A DNA stretch of 64,000 nt. It comes from Candidatus Sericytochromatia bacterium. GTDB taxonomy: Bacteria > Cyanobacteriota > Sericytochromatia > S15B-MN24 > JAQBPE01. The notes beneath the pieces are model-generated. The model did not search any database. It was given only the letters and a program-made list of their open reading frames with translations, and was not told the DNA's origin. A program made the translations under genes and the position numbers. The DNA lies in NCBI GenBank assembly GCA_035285125.1, contig JAYKHR010000048.1, forward strand, positions 128,765 to 192,764, written 5' to 3'. Every line of letters starts with the position of its first letter. Position 1 is the stretch's first letter. This document shows positions 25,268-34,327 of this stretch, one piece after another.

Positions 25268-25957
25268 TCAGCCCCCCCCCTCGGCAGCCCTCAGGCTGGC
25301 CGCAAACCGCCGCGTCACCAGCTGAGGGCGGGTGATCGCCGAGCCCACCACCACGGCCCAGGCCCCGTGCGCAAGGGCGCGGGCGGCCTCCTCCGGCGTC
25401 CAGATACGCCCCTCCATCAAGACCGGGCCCCTACACCGGGCGATCATCTCAGTCAAAAGGGCCCAGTCCGGCTCCGCAGGAGGCGGCCCCTCGCCCGTGT
25501 AACCCGCCAGCGTCGGCGCGACGGCCCACGCCCCGGCGGCCTCTGCGGCGAGGGCCTCGGCAAGGGAGCTGACGTCCGCCAGCACCGGCACCCCGAGGTC
25601 GCGCCGGATGCGGCCCACCAGGTCGGCGACAGGCTCAGGCCGCGGCCGGTCCGTCGCATCCACCGCCACCACGTCAGCGCCCGCAGCCACCACGGCTGCG
25701 GCGGCCTCGAAGGTGGGGGTGATGTAGACGCCAACCTCTCCTTGCTTCCAGAGCCCAATCAGCGGCACGTCCACCGCCGCGCGAATCGCGGCGATGTCTG
25801 CAGGGCTCTCGCACCTGACGCCCACGGCGCCACCCTCCACCACCGCGCGTGCCATGACGGCCATATGGGCGGCCCCGTGAAGGGGCTCGTGGGGCTGGGC
25901 CTGGCAGCTGACGATGAGCCCCCCGCGAAGGTTCGCCAAGGCGTCAGAAGACGGCAT
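25268..25957 (-). CDS. nanE: N-acetylmannosamine-6-phosphate 2-epimerase
   Basis: LIVSCQA, PLIGLWK, VYITPT, TLAGYT, EGRI and VVVGSAITRP motifs. Confidence 0.93.
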   Translation of the reverse strand: MPSSDALANLRGGLIVSCQAQPHEPLHGAAHMAVMARAVVEGGAVGVRCESPADIAAIRAAVDVPLIGLWKQGEVGVYITPTFEAAAAVVAAGADVVAVDATDRPRPEPVADLVGRIRRDLGVPVLADVSSLAEALAAEAAGAWAVAPTLAGYTGEGPPPAEPDWALLTEMIARCRGPVLMEGRIWTPEEAARALAHGAWAVVVGSAITRPQLVTRRFAASLRAAEGGG

Positions 25958-26363
25958 CGGCCTCCAGTTCGGCGAAGTCCAGGCGGCAGCGCTGCTGGAA
26001 ATCGACCAGCATCCCGATCTGCTCGGGGGTCGCCAGGTGCAGCTCGACGAAGATCTCGCCGATGCGGACGTCACGCTCACCCTGCACGGCCAGTGCAAGT
26101 TCGAGGTTCTCCTCACTGATCAACCCGCGGGCCAGCGCGAGCTCACCCAGCCGCAGCTTCTTGCAGTAGTCCTGCAGCACCGTCTCCAGACGTTCCAGCG
26201 TCACGCAACCCTCGCCGATGAGGATCTCGGACAAGGAGAGGAAGAGACTGCGGCGGGACCGCTCCAGGGAGCGCCGGAGCTGCTCGGCGTTGATCAGCCC
26301 CTGCGACTGCAACAGCTGCGCCACGAGCCGGTCCTTGGGATCAAGGTCGAACAGGTCGAGCAT
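25944..26363 (-). CDS. Standalone MshEN-type (GspE/PilB N-terminal) c-di-GMP-binding protein
   Basis: RLGELALARGLISEENLELALAVQ matches RLGxxLxxxGLIxxxxLxxxLxxQ. It is followed by RIGEIFVE...Q and preceded by two degenerate copies. Confidence 0.78.
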   Translation of the reverse strand: MLDLFDLDPKDRLVAQLLQSQGLINAEQLRRSLERSRRSLFLSLSEILIGEGCVTLERLETVLQDYCKKLRLGELALARGLISEENLELALAVQGERDVRIGEIFVELHLATPEQIGMLVDFQQRCRLDFAELEADAVF

Positions 26364-26427
26364 GGTTCCCCCCCACTGGCGCGACGGCCAGCTGCGACAA
26401 CTCCAAGTATTCCCCGACCCGCGAGGC

Positions 26428-29352
26428 CTAAACCGACCTTTTCTTGCCCCGCTTGGGTCCCGATGAGGCCACCGGGGCTTCGGGCGCAGGGGGCTCGGAG
26501 CCTGCCAGCAGGGGCGCCAGAAACCGCCCCGTGTGGCTGCCCTGGCAGGCGGCCACCCGCTCGGGGGGCCCCGACGCAACCAGCTGACCGCCCCGGTCGC
26601 CGCCCTCCGGCCCCAGGTCGATGAGGTGGTCGGCCTGCTTGATGATGTCGAGGTTGTGCTCGATCACCAGCACCGTGTTGCCCCCGTCCACGAGCCTGTT
26701 GAGCACCTCGAGGAGCTTGTCGACGTCATAGAAACTGAGCCCCGTCGAGGGCTCGTCCAAGATGTACAGCGTGCGCCCGGTGGCCCGCCGAGACAGCTGC
26801 TCCGCGAGCTTCACGCGCTGGGCCTCGCCGCCGGACAGCGTGGTCGCAGCTTGTCCGAGCTTGATGTACTCCAGGCCCACGTCGAACAGGGTCTGGAGCT
26901 TGGTCCGGGCACGGGGCACGGCCTCGAAGAAGGACAAAGCCTCCTCGACGGTCATATCGAGCACGTCGGCGATCGACTGGCCCTTGAACTTCACCTCGAG
27001 CGTCTCTCGGTTGTAGCGCCTGCCCTTGCAGACATCGCACGGAACGTACACATCCGGGAGGAAGTGCATCTCGATGACATTCATGCCCTCCCCCTTGCAG
27101 GCCTCGCACCTGCCACCTTTCACGTTGAAGGAGAAGCGTCCGGCCTGGTAGCCCCGGGCACGGGCCTCGGTCGTCATCGCGAACACCTCCCGGAGGTGAT
27201 CGAACAGCCCCGTGTAGGTGGCGGGATTGGAGCGCGGTGTCCGGCCGATGGGGGCCTGGTCAATGACGATCACCTTGTCGAGGTGCTCCAGACCCGACAC
27301 CGCCCGAAGGCCCGCAGGGGGCGCAACCTGGCCGTTGAAGTGGTGCTGCAGGTAGCGGTGGAACACGTCATGGACGAGGGTGCTCTTGCCGGAACCCGAC
27401 ACCCCCGTGACACAGACGAAGGTGCCGAGCGGCAGGGCGACGTCCACGTCGCGCAGGTTGTTTTCAGATGCACCCTCAAGGTAGATCCAGTTGCCGCTGC
27501 CGGAGCGACGGCGAGAGGGAACAGGCACGCCCCGGGCGCCGGACAGGTACTGGCCCGTCAGCGAGGCCTCACAGGCCATCACGTCCGCCATCGTGCCCTG
27601 CACGACGACGTGGCCGCCGTGCACGCCGGCCCGGGGCCCGATGTCGACAATGTGGTCGGCCGCCCGGATGGTGTCCTCGTCGTGCTCGACGACGATCAGC
27701 GTGTTGCCGAGGTCGCGCAAACGCCTGAGGGTGGCAAGCAGCCGCTCGTTGTCGCGCTGGTGCAGCCCGATGGAGGGCTCGTCGAGGATGTAAAGGACGC
27801 CCTGCAGCCCCGATCCGATCTGGGTCGCGAGGCGGATTCGCTGCGCCTCCCCGCCAGACAGGGTGTTGGCTGCCCGGTCCAGCGAGAGGTAGTCGAGCCC
27901 CACGTCGTTGAGGAAGCCGAGGCGGGCGTTGATTTCTTTGAGCAGTTGGGCCCCGATGAGCCGCTGACGCTCCGTCAGCGAGAGCCCCTGGAAGAAGGGC
28001 AGCGCTTCGCGGATGGAGAGGGCCGTGAGGTCGGCGATGGAGGCCCCCTGAATGCGAACGGCAAGCGCCTCGGGACGAAGCCTGCGCCCCTGGCAACGCT
28101 CGCAGGGGATGGCCGCCATGAAGCCCTCCAGCTCCTGCTTGAAGCGTTCGCTGGTGGTCTCGGTGTGCCGACGCTGCAGGTTGGGGATCAGCCCTTCGAA
28201 GCGGGTGTCGTAGCCAAAGCCGCTCTCCTGGTACCAGCTCGGCTGGTTGATCCGGTAGCGCGCATCTCCTGTTCCATGCAAGATCCACTGCCGAGCCTGC
28301 TCCGAAAGGCTCGCCCAAGGCACATCGATCGAGAAGCCCTTCGCCGCCGCGACTGCGCTGAGCAGTTCCACGTAGTAGGGGTTGCCCGTCCTCGCCCACG
28401 GCACCAGCGCCCCCTCCCGCAGCGTCTTTCGAGGGTCCGGAACCAGCAGGGCTGGGTCCAGCTCCTGGCGGGCCCCGAGGCCGTGGCAGGCGGCGCAGGC
28501 CCCGAACGGCGAGTTGAAGGAGAAGAGCCTGGGGGCCACCTCATCCAGGCTCGTGCCGCAGTCCGTGCAGGCATAGTGCTCGGAGAACAGCATGTCCCGG
28601 CCGGTGCCGGGGGCCTCCCTGGAGCCGAGGAGCTCCACCACCACAAGCCCCTCGGCGTGCTGCAAGGCGGTGGCGACGGAGTCAGCGAGCCGAGAGGCCT
28701 GATCGGGTCGCACCACGATGCGGTCGACCACGATGGCGACGTCGTGCTTGCGGTTCTTGTCGAGCGCGGGCGCCTCCTGCAGGTCAACGACCTCCCCATC
28801 GACGCGAACCCGAACGAAGCCCGCCTTGCGGGCCTGCTCGAAGACCTTGTCGTGGGACCCCTTCTTGCCACGAACCAGCGGGGCGAGCACCTGGACGCGA
28901 GTGCCCTCGGGCTGCGCGAGCACCTGGTCGACAATCTGCTCGACGGTCTGCGGGTTGATGACCTGCCCACACTGGTGGCAATGGGGGGTACCCACCCGCG
29001 CGAACAGCAGGCGCAGGTGGTCGTAGATCTCCGTGACGGTCCCAACGGTGGAGCGAGGGTTGTGGCTGGTGGACTTCTGGTCGATGGAGATCGCCGGCGA
29101 GAGGCCCTCGATATAATCCACGTCCGGCTTGTCGAGCTGCCCGAGGAACTGCCTTGCGTAGGCCGACAGCGACTCCACGTAGCGGCGCTGGCCCTCGGCA
29201 AAGACCGTGTCGAAGGCCAGCGAAGACTTGCCGGACCCCGACACCCCCGTGAAAACGACCAGCTGATCGCGGGGAATCCGGAGGTCCACGTTCTTGAGGT
29301 TGTGCTCGCGCGCACCCTTGATGAACAGGTGGGAGTTGTCTGAAGTAGGCAT
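26428..29352 (-). CDS. uvrA: Excinuclease ABC subunit A
   Basis: [11 protein letters not shown], two GVSGSGKS Walker A motifs, two LSGGEAQR signatures, zinc fingers. Confidence 0.98.
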   Translation of the reverse strand: MPTSDNSHLFIKGAREHNLKNVDLRIPRDQLVVFTGVSGSGKSSLAFDTVFAEGQRRYVESLSAYARQFLGQLDKPDVDYIEGLSPAISIDQKSTSHNPRSTVGTVTEIYDHLRLLFARVGTPHCHQCGQVINPQTVEQIVDQVLAQPEGTRVQVLAPLVRGKKGSHDKVFEQARKAGFVRVRVDGEVVDLQEAPALDKNRKHDVAIVVDRIVVRPDQASRLADSVATALQHAEGLVVVELLGSREAPGTGRDMLFSEHYACTDCGTSLDEVAPRLFSFNSPFGACAACHGLGARQELDPALLVPDPRKTLREGALVPWARTGNPYYVELLSAVAAAKGFSIDVPWASLSEQARQWILHGTGDARYRINQPSWYQESGFGYDTRFEGLIPNLQRRHTETTSERFKQELEGFMAAIPCERCQGRRLRPEALAVRIQGASIADLTALSIREALPFFQGLSLTERQRLIGAQLLKEINARLGFLNDVGLDYLSLDRAANTLSGGEAQRIRLATQIGSGLQGVLYILDEPSIGLHQRDNERLLATLRRLRDLGNTLIVVEHDEDTIRAADHIVDIGPRAGVHGGHVVVQGTMADVMACEASLTGQYLSGARGVPVPSRRRSGSGNWIYLEGASENNLRDVDVALPLGTFVCVTGVSGSGKSTLVHDVFHRYLQHHFNGQVAPPAGLRAVSGLEHLDKVIVIDQAPIGRTPRSNPATYTGLFDHLREVFAMTTEARARGYQAGRFSFNVKGGRCEACKGEGMNVIEMHFLPDVYVPCDVCKGRRYNRETLEVKFKGQSIADVLDMTVEEALSFFEAVPRARTKLQTLFDVGLEYIKLGQAATTLSGGEAQRVKLAEQLSRRATGRTLYILDEPSTGLSFYDVDKLLEVLNRLVDGGNTVLVIEHNLDIIKQADHLIDLGPEGGDRGGQLVASGPPERVAACQGSHTGRFLAPLLAGSEPPAPEAPVASSGPKRGKKRSV

Positions 29353-29518
29353 GCCGGAAAAGTCCGTCTCGTGCTGCAACCGGGATTCTACCCGGCCCAG
29401 AACCAAGGCCGCAAGCGGGTTCGCCCTTAGGGGAGCGACTCTCCCCCGGCCCAAGGAGGCCCCAGGCACCCCCGTGACACCACACGGTATCCGGCCGACA
29501 CCCCGGCCAGAAGGGCCC

Positions 29519-29908
29519 TCACAGGCTCGGGGCGGCGTCTGACACCGACCGCCACAGGGGCGGGCCGAGCAGCAAGAGGCCGACCACCACGGCGTTCAAC
29601 GCGCTGATCAGCACGGCCGCCGCGGCCACGTCTTTCGCGATCTTGGCCAGGGGGTGGCGACGGTGGGTGTACAGGTCGACCGCGCTCTCGATGGCCGTGT
29701 TCAGCATCTCCATCGTGATCACGAGCGAGCACACGGCGGCCAGCAGGGCCAGCTCACCGCGGGGCACACGAAGCCAGAGCGCCGCCGCCATCACCACGGC
29801 CCCGGCCACCACGTGGATGCGCATGTTCCGCTGCGTGCGAAGGCAGAAGTAGATGCCCGCAGCGGCGAAGCGAAAGCTCGCGAGCAGGTTCGCAGCCTTG
29901 AACCGCAC
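29519..29908 (-). CDS. dgkA: Diacylglycerol/undecaprenol kinase
   Basis: [28 protein letters not shown] and AKIAKDVAA motifs. Confidence 0.92.
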   Translation of the reverse strand: MRFKAANLLASFRFAAAGIYFCLRTQRNMRIHVVAGAVVMAAALWLRVPRGELALLAAVCSLVITMEMLNTAIESAVDLYTHRRHPLAKIAKDVAAAAVLISALNAVVVGLLLLGPPLWRSVSDAAPSL

Positions 29909-29910
29909 GC

Positions 29911-30417
29911 CTAGCTCCGGGCCCGCGACGCCCGAGAGCGCGTGGGTGGCTCCTCGTCGCCGTACGCAATAGGCGGCACCCCCAGCGCCGCGAGCAGCTC
30001 CGCCTGCCGCCGCCACATCCGCGCCTTCCGCGCAGGCGTGTCGTGGTCTTCGCCCAACAGGTGCAGCAGGCCGTGCACCATCAGCAGGGCGAGTTCGGCC
30101 TCCACGTCGTGCCCTCGGGCCTCGGCCTGGCTGGCAGCCACATCCACCGCCACCACAACGTCACCGAGCAACCGCCCCCCGCCCGGCAGGGGCGGGCCCT
30201 CCGCCTCTTCAAGCGCGAAGGCCAGAACGTCCGTGGGCCGATCCACCCCCCGGTAGTCCCGGTTCAGGAAGTGCATGCCGTCTGCATCAACCCACGTGAG
30301 CGACCACTCGTCGTCCGCCAGCGAAAGTCCACACGCTTCGTGCAGAGCCTCCGCCCGCCGCTGCCAGGCCTCATCGTCGAGGGGCAACGCTTGCTCATTA
30401 TTTAGGTAAACCGGCAA
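29911..30417 (-). CDS. ybeY: rRNA maturation endoribonuclease YbeY
   Basis: NRDYRGVDRPTDVLAF, LGDVV and HGLLHLLGEDH motifs. Confidence 0.95.
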   Translation of the reverse strand: MPVYLNNEQALPLDDEAWQRRAEALHEACGLSLADDEWSLTWVDADGMHFLNRDYRGVDRPTDVLAFALEEAEGPPLPGGGRLLGDVVVAVDVAASQAEARGHDVEAELALLMVHGLLHLLGEDHDTPARKARMWRRQAELLAALGVPPIAYGDEEPPTRSRASRARS

Positions 30418-31903
30418 CCTTGCGGCCTTTCAACTCGGTGTCAGCGCCGCCCCGAAGCTCCCGGAACACCTGGTCGGGATACTCGATGCGCTGGTGGAAG
30501 AGGCCAGACAGCACGCGGATGAAGGCCTGGGCGATCTTCTCGATCTCCTGCAGCGTGAGGGGGGCCTCCGAGAGCTCTCCGTCAGACAGGCGCTTGTCGA
30601 CGATGCGGCGGACCATCGCCTCGATCTGCTCCGGCGTGGGGGTCTTGAGCGACCGACAGGCGGCCTCCACCCCGTCCGCCAGCATCACAATGCCCGTCTC
30701 TCGGGTCCTCGGCCTGGGGCCCGGGTAGCGGAAGTGCTCCTCCTGCACCTGCCGCACCCCCTCTGCCTGCACCGCCTGGTGATAGAAGAATGAGACCAGG
30801 CTGGTGCCGTGGTGGGTCGCGATGAAGTCCTGGATGATGGCAGGCAACCTGTGCTCCCGGGCCATCTCCAGCCCCTCCTTCACGTGGGCCGTGATCACCA
30901 GCGCCGACAGCCGAGGCGAGATCCGGTCGTGCTGGTTCGTCATCCCCAGCTGGTTCTCGACGAAGAAGTACGGCCGTTTGGTCTTGCCAATGTCATGGTA
31001 GTACGAGCCGACCCGGACGAGCAGGGCGTCCGCCCCGATGGCCTCCGCAGCTGCCTCGGCGAGGTTCCCAACCAGGATGGAGTGATGGTACGTGCCGGGC
31101 GCCTTCATCTGAAGCTCGCGGAGCAGCGGCTGACTCGGGTTGGCAAGCTCCAGCAGCTTGAAGGTGGTGGTGATCCCGAAGAGGTCCTCCACGAGGGGCA
31201 GGATGCCCACCACGAGGATGGCGGAACCGAGCCCTGCGCCGGCGGCCGCGATGGCGTGCAAACCCCACGTGGCCCAGGAGACGCCGGCCAGGCTGAACAG
31301 CGCGGCCACAGCCCAGGCGGCCACCAACGCTGAGACGAAGCCCGCCCGGAAGACGTCGTAGCGCTGCTGCACGCGGCTGACGGCATAGATAGCGACGGCC
31401 ATGCTGAGCAGGGCCACGAGGGTGGACGTGCCGTCGTGCTCCGGAAACTGCGCCAGCAGGAGGCCCGTCGGCAGCGCGATGACCAGCGCCACCCGGCTGT
31501 TCACGAACACCGTGAGCAGCATGCCGCAGGCCACCAGGGGGCTGACGTAGGGGTCGAGCCGCAGGTTGCTCATGGCCCAAGCCAGCGCAAACGTGCCGAC
31601 GACCACGAGGGTGATCAGGTACTGGTGCCGAATCGAGCCCACGACGTTGGCCTCAAACTGCCGCAGGTACCCCACCACGAGAGCGAGCGCGGTGCCCAGC
31701 ACCATCAGGAGGCCCCCGACGGGAAGCCACTGGCCGAGAACGGCCGAGGCGATGAACCGGGGCTGAGCCAGCGCCACCATCCAGAGACAGAGCAGGCCGG
31801 CAAACAAAACGTTGAGCGCCTGGTGGGTCCCGGGCTGCAGCGCCATCGACTGCACGCGCGGGGGCACGAAGCGATGGGCTGCCTGGACGAGCTTGTCCGT
31901 CAT
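30398..31903 (-). CDS. 7TM-HD phosphohydrolase (PgpH/YqfF-like)
   Basis: Multi-TM N-terminal half; LLELAN, APGTYHHS, YHDIGK, FVENQ, HHGT and MLADGVEAA motifs. Confidence 0.9.
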   Translation of the reverse strand: MTDKLVQAAHRFVPPRVQSMALQPGTHQALNVLFAGLLCLWMVALAQPRFIASAVLGQWLPVGGLLMVLGTALALVVGYLRQFEANVVGSIRHQYLITLVVVGTFALAWAMSNLRLDPYVSPLVACGMLLTVFVNSRVALVIALPTGLLLAQFPEHDGTSTLVALLSMAVAIYAVSRVQQRYDVFRAGFVSALVAAWAVAALFSLAGVSWATWGLHAIAAAGAGLGSAILVVGILPLVEDLFGITTTFKLLELANPSQPLLRELQMKAPGTYHHSILVGNLAEAAAEAIGADALLVRVGSYYHDIGKTKRPYFFVENQLGMTNQHDRISPRLSALVITAHVKEGLEMAREHRLPAIIQDFIATHHGTSLVSFFYHQAVQAEGVRQVQEEHFRYPGPRPRTRETGIVMLADGVEAACRSLKTPTPEQIEAMVRRIVDKRLSDGELSEAPLTLQEIEKIAQAFIRVLSGLFHQRIEYPDQVFRELRGGADTELKGRKVAGLPK

Positions 31904-32940
31904 CCGGGTGACCTCGCCTCCCAGGCCGCGTAGGCCTGGACGATGCGCCGCACCAGGTCGTGGCGCACCACGTCCTGGTCGTCGAACCGAACGAAGGCGA
32001 CGTCCGGGACGCCCTGCAGCGTCTCTTCCACGTCATGCAACGCGGACCGCTTGCCCCGGGGGAGGTCGACCTGCGTGCGGTCTCCCGTCACGACGACACG
32101 GGAGCCGAACCCAATGCGGGTCAGGAACATCTTCATCTGCTCGGTGGTGGTGTTCTGGGCCTCATCGAGGATGATGAAGGCTTCAGACAGCGTCCTGCCA
32201 CGCATGTAAGCCAGCGGCGCCACCTCGATCATACCCCTCTCGAGATAGCGGCTAACCCGCTCTCCCTCTAGCAACTCGTTCATCGCGTCGTAGAGCGGTC
32301 GGAAGTAAGGGTCAACCTTGGCCTGAAAGTCTCCGGGCAAGAACCCGAGGCTCTCGCCTGCCTCGACCGCGGGCCGCGTGAGGATGATCCGCGACACCCG
32401 CTTTTCGCGTAGGAACTGCGCCGCCAGGGCCGCCGCGAGGTAGGTCTTGCCGGTGCCCGCAGGGCCAATGCCGAAGGTGAGCGTGTGGCTGGCGATCGCC
32501 TCGACGTAAGCCCGCTGGTTGGCGGTGCGCGCACGAACGGGCTTGCCCCGGTGGGTGCGCGTCACGACGTCGTCCAGCCACCCCGCGACAGAGGCCGCAG
32601 AGTCCTCGGCCGAGAGGCCCCCTAGCATGCCCCGCAGCTCGTCGAGGCCGAGCAGTGAATCGGCTCGGGCGCGCAGCACGAGGCTTCGAATGAGGGATTC
32701 GGCGCGCTCGACAGCCTCAGGCAGGCCCCTCACGGACAGGCGCTCCCCGCGAACCCGAACGGCGACCCCGAAGGCTTGCTCGAGGCAGCCGAGGTTTTCC
32801 TCGTTCGCACCGGACAGCCAACGGGCTGCGTGGGGTTCCTCGAGAATGATGTCGAGTTCGATGGGTGCGTTGGGGGGCAAGGGTGAGGTGGGGATGGCGG
32901 CGGGTCCCAAAAAAAGTGACAGGACCGGAGGCCCTGTCAC
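31900..32940 (-). CDS. phoH: PhoH family ATPase
   Basis: GPAGTGKT, RPAVEAGESLGFLPGD, PLAYMRGRT and LDEAQN motifs; exact start uncertain. Confidence 0.95.
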   Translation of the reverse strand: MTGPPVLSLFLGPAAIPTSPLPPNAPIELDIILEEPHAARWLSGANEENLGCLEQAFGVAVRVRGERLSVRGLPEAVERAESLIRSLVLRARADSLLGLDELRGMLGGLSAEDSAASVAGWLDDVVTRTHRGKPVRARTANQRAYVEAIASHTLTFGIGPAGTGKTYLAAALAAQFLREKRVSRIILTRPAVEAGESLGFLPGDFQAKVDPYFRPLYDAMNELLEGERVSRYLERGMIEVAPLAYMRGRTLSEAFIILDEAQNTTTEQMKMFLTRIGFGSRVVVTGDRTQVDLPRGKRSALHDVEETLQGVPDVAFVRFDDQDVVRHDLVRRIVQAYAAWEARSPG

Positions 32941-32975
32941 GATGGAAGCAAACGAACGTCCAGTGGACGCCGGCC

Positions 32976-33149
32976 TCAGCTGTGGCGCTTGCGCGCAGCC
33001 TCGGACTTCTTCTTCCGGCGAACGCTGGGCTTCTCGTAGCGCTCGCGACGCTTGATCTCCGAAAGAATGCCAGCCTTCTGGATCTTCTTCTTGAAGCGCT
33101 TCAGGGCACTCTCGATCGGCTCGTTTTCACCGACGCGGACTTCTGCCAA
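32976..33149 (-). CDS. rpsU: 30S ribosomal protein S21 (57 aa, TTG start; below the ORF-track cutoff)
   Basis: Manual translation gives [72 protein letters not shown] -10 at 33240-33245. Confidence 0.96.
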   Translation of the reverse strand: MAEVRVGENEPIESALKRFKKKIQKAGILSEIKRRERYEKPSVRRKKKSEAARKRHS

Positions 33150-33410
33150 ATGTACTCACCCCCCGTCGTGGAAGCTCGTAGCGGACACGGGCGACCGCAC
33201 AGGCGGCCAGGCACCGTGCACTGACGCAACGGCCCTTCCAGTATACCCGAGCCTCACGCCGGGCGCAAATCCTGAGGCCGTGCGAGCAGACGCCTTGTCG
33301 AGCCCGGGCCTGGGCCGCGGAAGCCCCCCGGGTCGCCTGCAAACAGGGAGCTTCTTGGGCGGGAGGGCAGCGAGCAGAGAGCCTCCTTCCCGGCCTGATC
33401 CGGAAATATT

Positions 33411-33475
33411 TTTAACCACTGTTTAACCATGTCTTAGTTAAAATGACGCGTGTTCCACCAGTGCCCCCACGATAA
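33411..33475 (+). promoter_or_regulatory. 11-bp-period direct repeats TTAACC/TTAACC/TTAGTT followed by CGATAA
   Basis: tttaaccactg-tttaaccatgt-cttagtta in an AT-rich island upstream of the 33511 ORF. Confidence 0.6.
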
Positions 33476-33510
33476 GACCTTCAGTTGTGTCCCTTCGGAG
33501 GTGGAGCCCC

Positions 33511-34305
33511 ATGTTCCCGATCTCACCCATCGGTCCCCGCCCGAGCCTGCCACCTGTCGGCGCCTCCGCGGCAGTCGATCCCGGCCGCGCGATCGTGCCG
33601 GCGCAGGCCGCCTCGACCGCGTTCACGCCGTCGGCCCCCGTCACGGCCTCGAACTACAACTGGAACTACGCCAACCCCAGGGAGCACATCTTCGATCACC
33701 CCTACGACGGCTGGGCGATGAACAAGGGCTTCGTTGGCCTGTTCCCACTCGGGTTCTGGACCAGGTTCGCGCCGATGCGCGGGCTGGCCTCCGCGATCAC
33801 GAAGATCCCCGAGCAACGCCTCCACGCCTACGCCGTCCGCGAGAAGTTCATGCGGGTGCAGGGGATGCAACCGGACTACGCCCGCGTGCTCCAGCTGGCG
33901 TACTTCAACGCCACCCAGGGGCAGATGCCAATGCACCGCAACGCGCCGCTCTCCTGGCTCGGGCAGTACGGTGCTCCAGGGGGAGTCAACGACTGGGTGC
34001 TGCGCGGGCCGTTTATCCTGAGCATGCATACAACGGCCGTGCAGTATGGTCTTTCGACCTACCACACCCCCGCCGTGCCGGGGAACCGGGAACTCGAGGC
34101 CCTGGCCCAGCAGGCCATGATGATCGCCCCGCCGGTCATGCAGCCCGGGTACGGCGGTCCTGGAGCCGCGCCGCCTCCGCCGGGCTTCGGCGGCCCCGGG
34201 TACGCCCCGCCCCCGCCGGGATACGGCGGCATGCCGGGCTACGGGGCAGACCCGATCACCCAGATCGGTCAGCTGATCGGCGCCATCGGCAACCTTTTCC
34301 GCTGA
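33511..34305 (+). CDS. Hypothetical protein with Pro-rich N-terminus and PGYG-repeat C-terminus
   Basis: GGAGGTGG SD before ATG 33511; GC3-rich codon use; no recognised domain. Confidence 0.75.
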   Translation: MFPISPIGPRPSLPPVGASAAVDPGRAIVPAQAASTAFTPSAPVTASNYNWNYANPREHIFDHPYDGWAMNKGFVGLFPLGFWTRFAPMRGLASAITKIPEQRLHAYAVREKFMRVQGMQPDYARVLQLAYFNATQGQMPMHRNAPLSWLGQYGAPGGVNDWVLRGPFILSMHTTAVQYGLSTYHTPAVPGNRELEALAQQAMMIAPPVMQPGYGGPGAAPPPPGFGGPGYAPPPPGYGGMPGYGADPITQIGQLIGAIGNLFR

Positions 34306-34327
34306 ACCCAGCTCCGCAGCACCGGGC

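Noticed and set aside
26533..29343. 936-aa plus-strand ORF
   Set aside because: Antisense shadow of uvrA.
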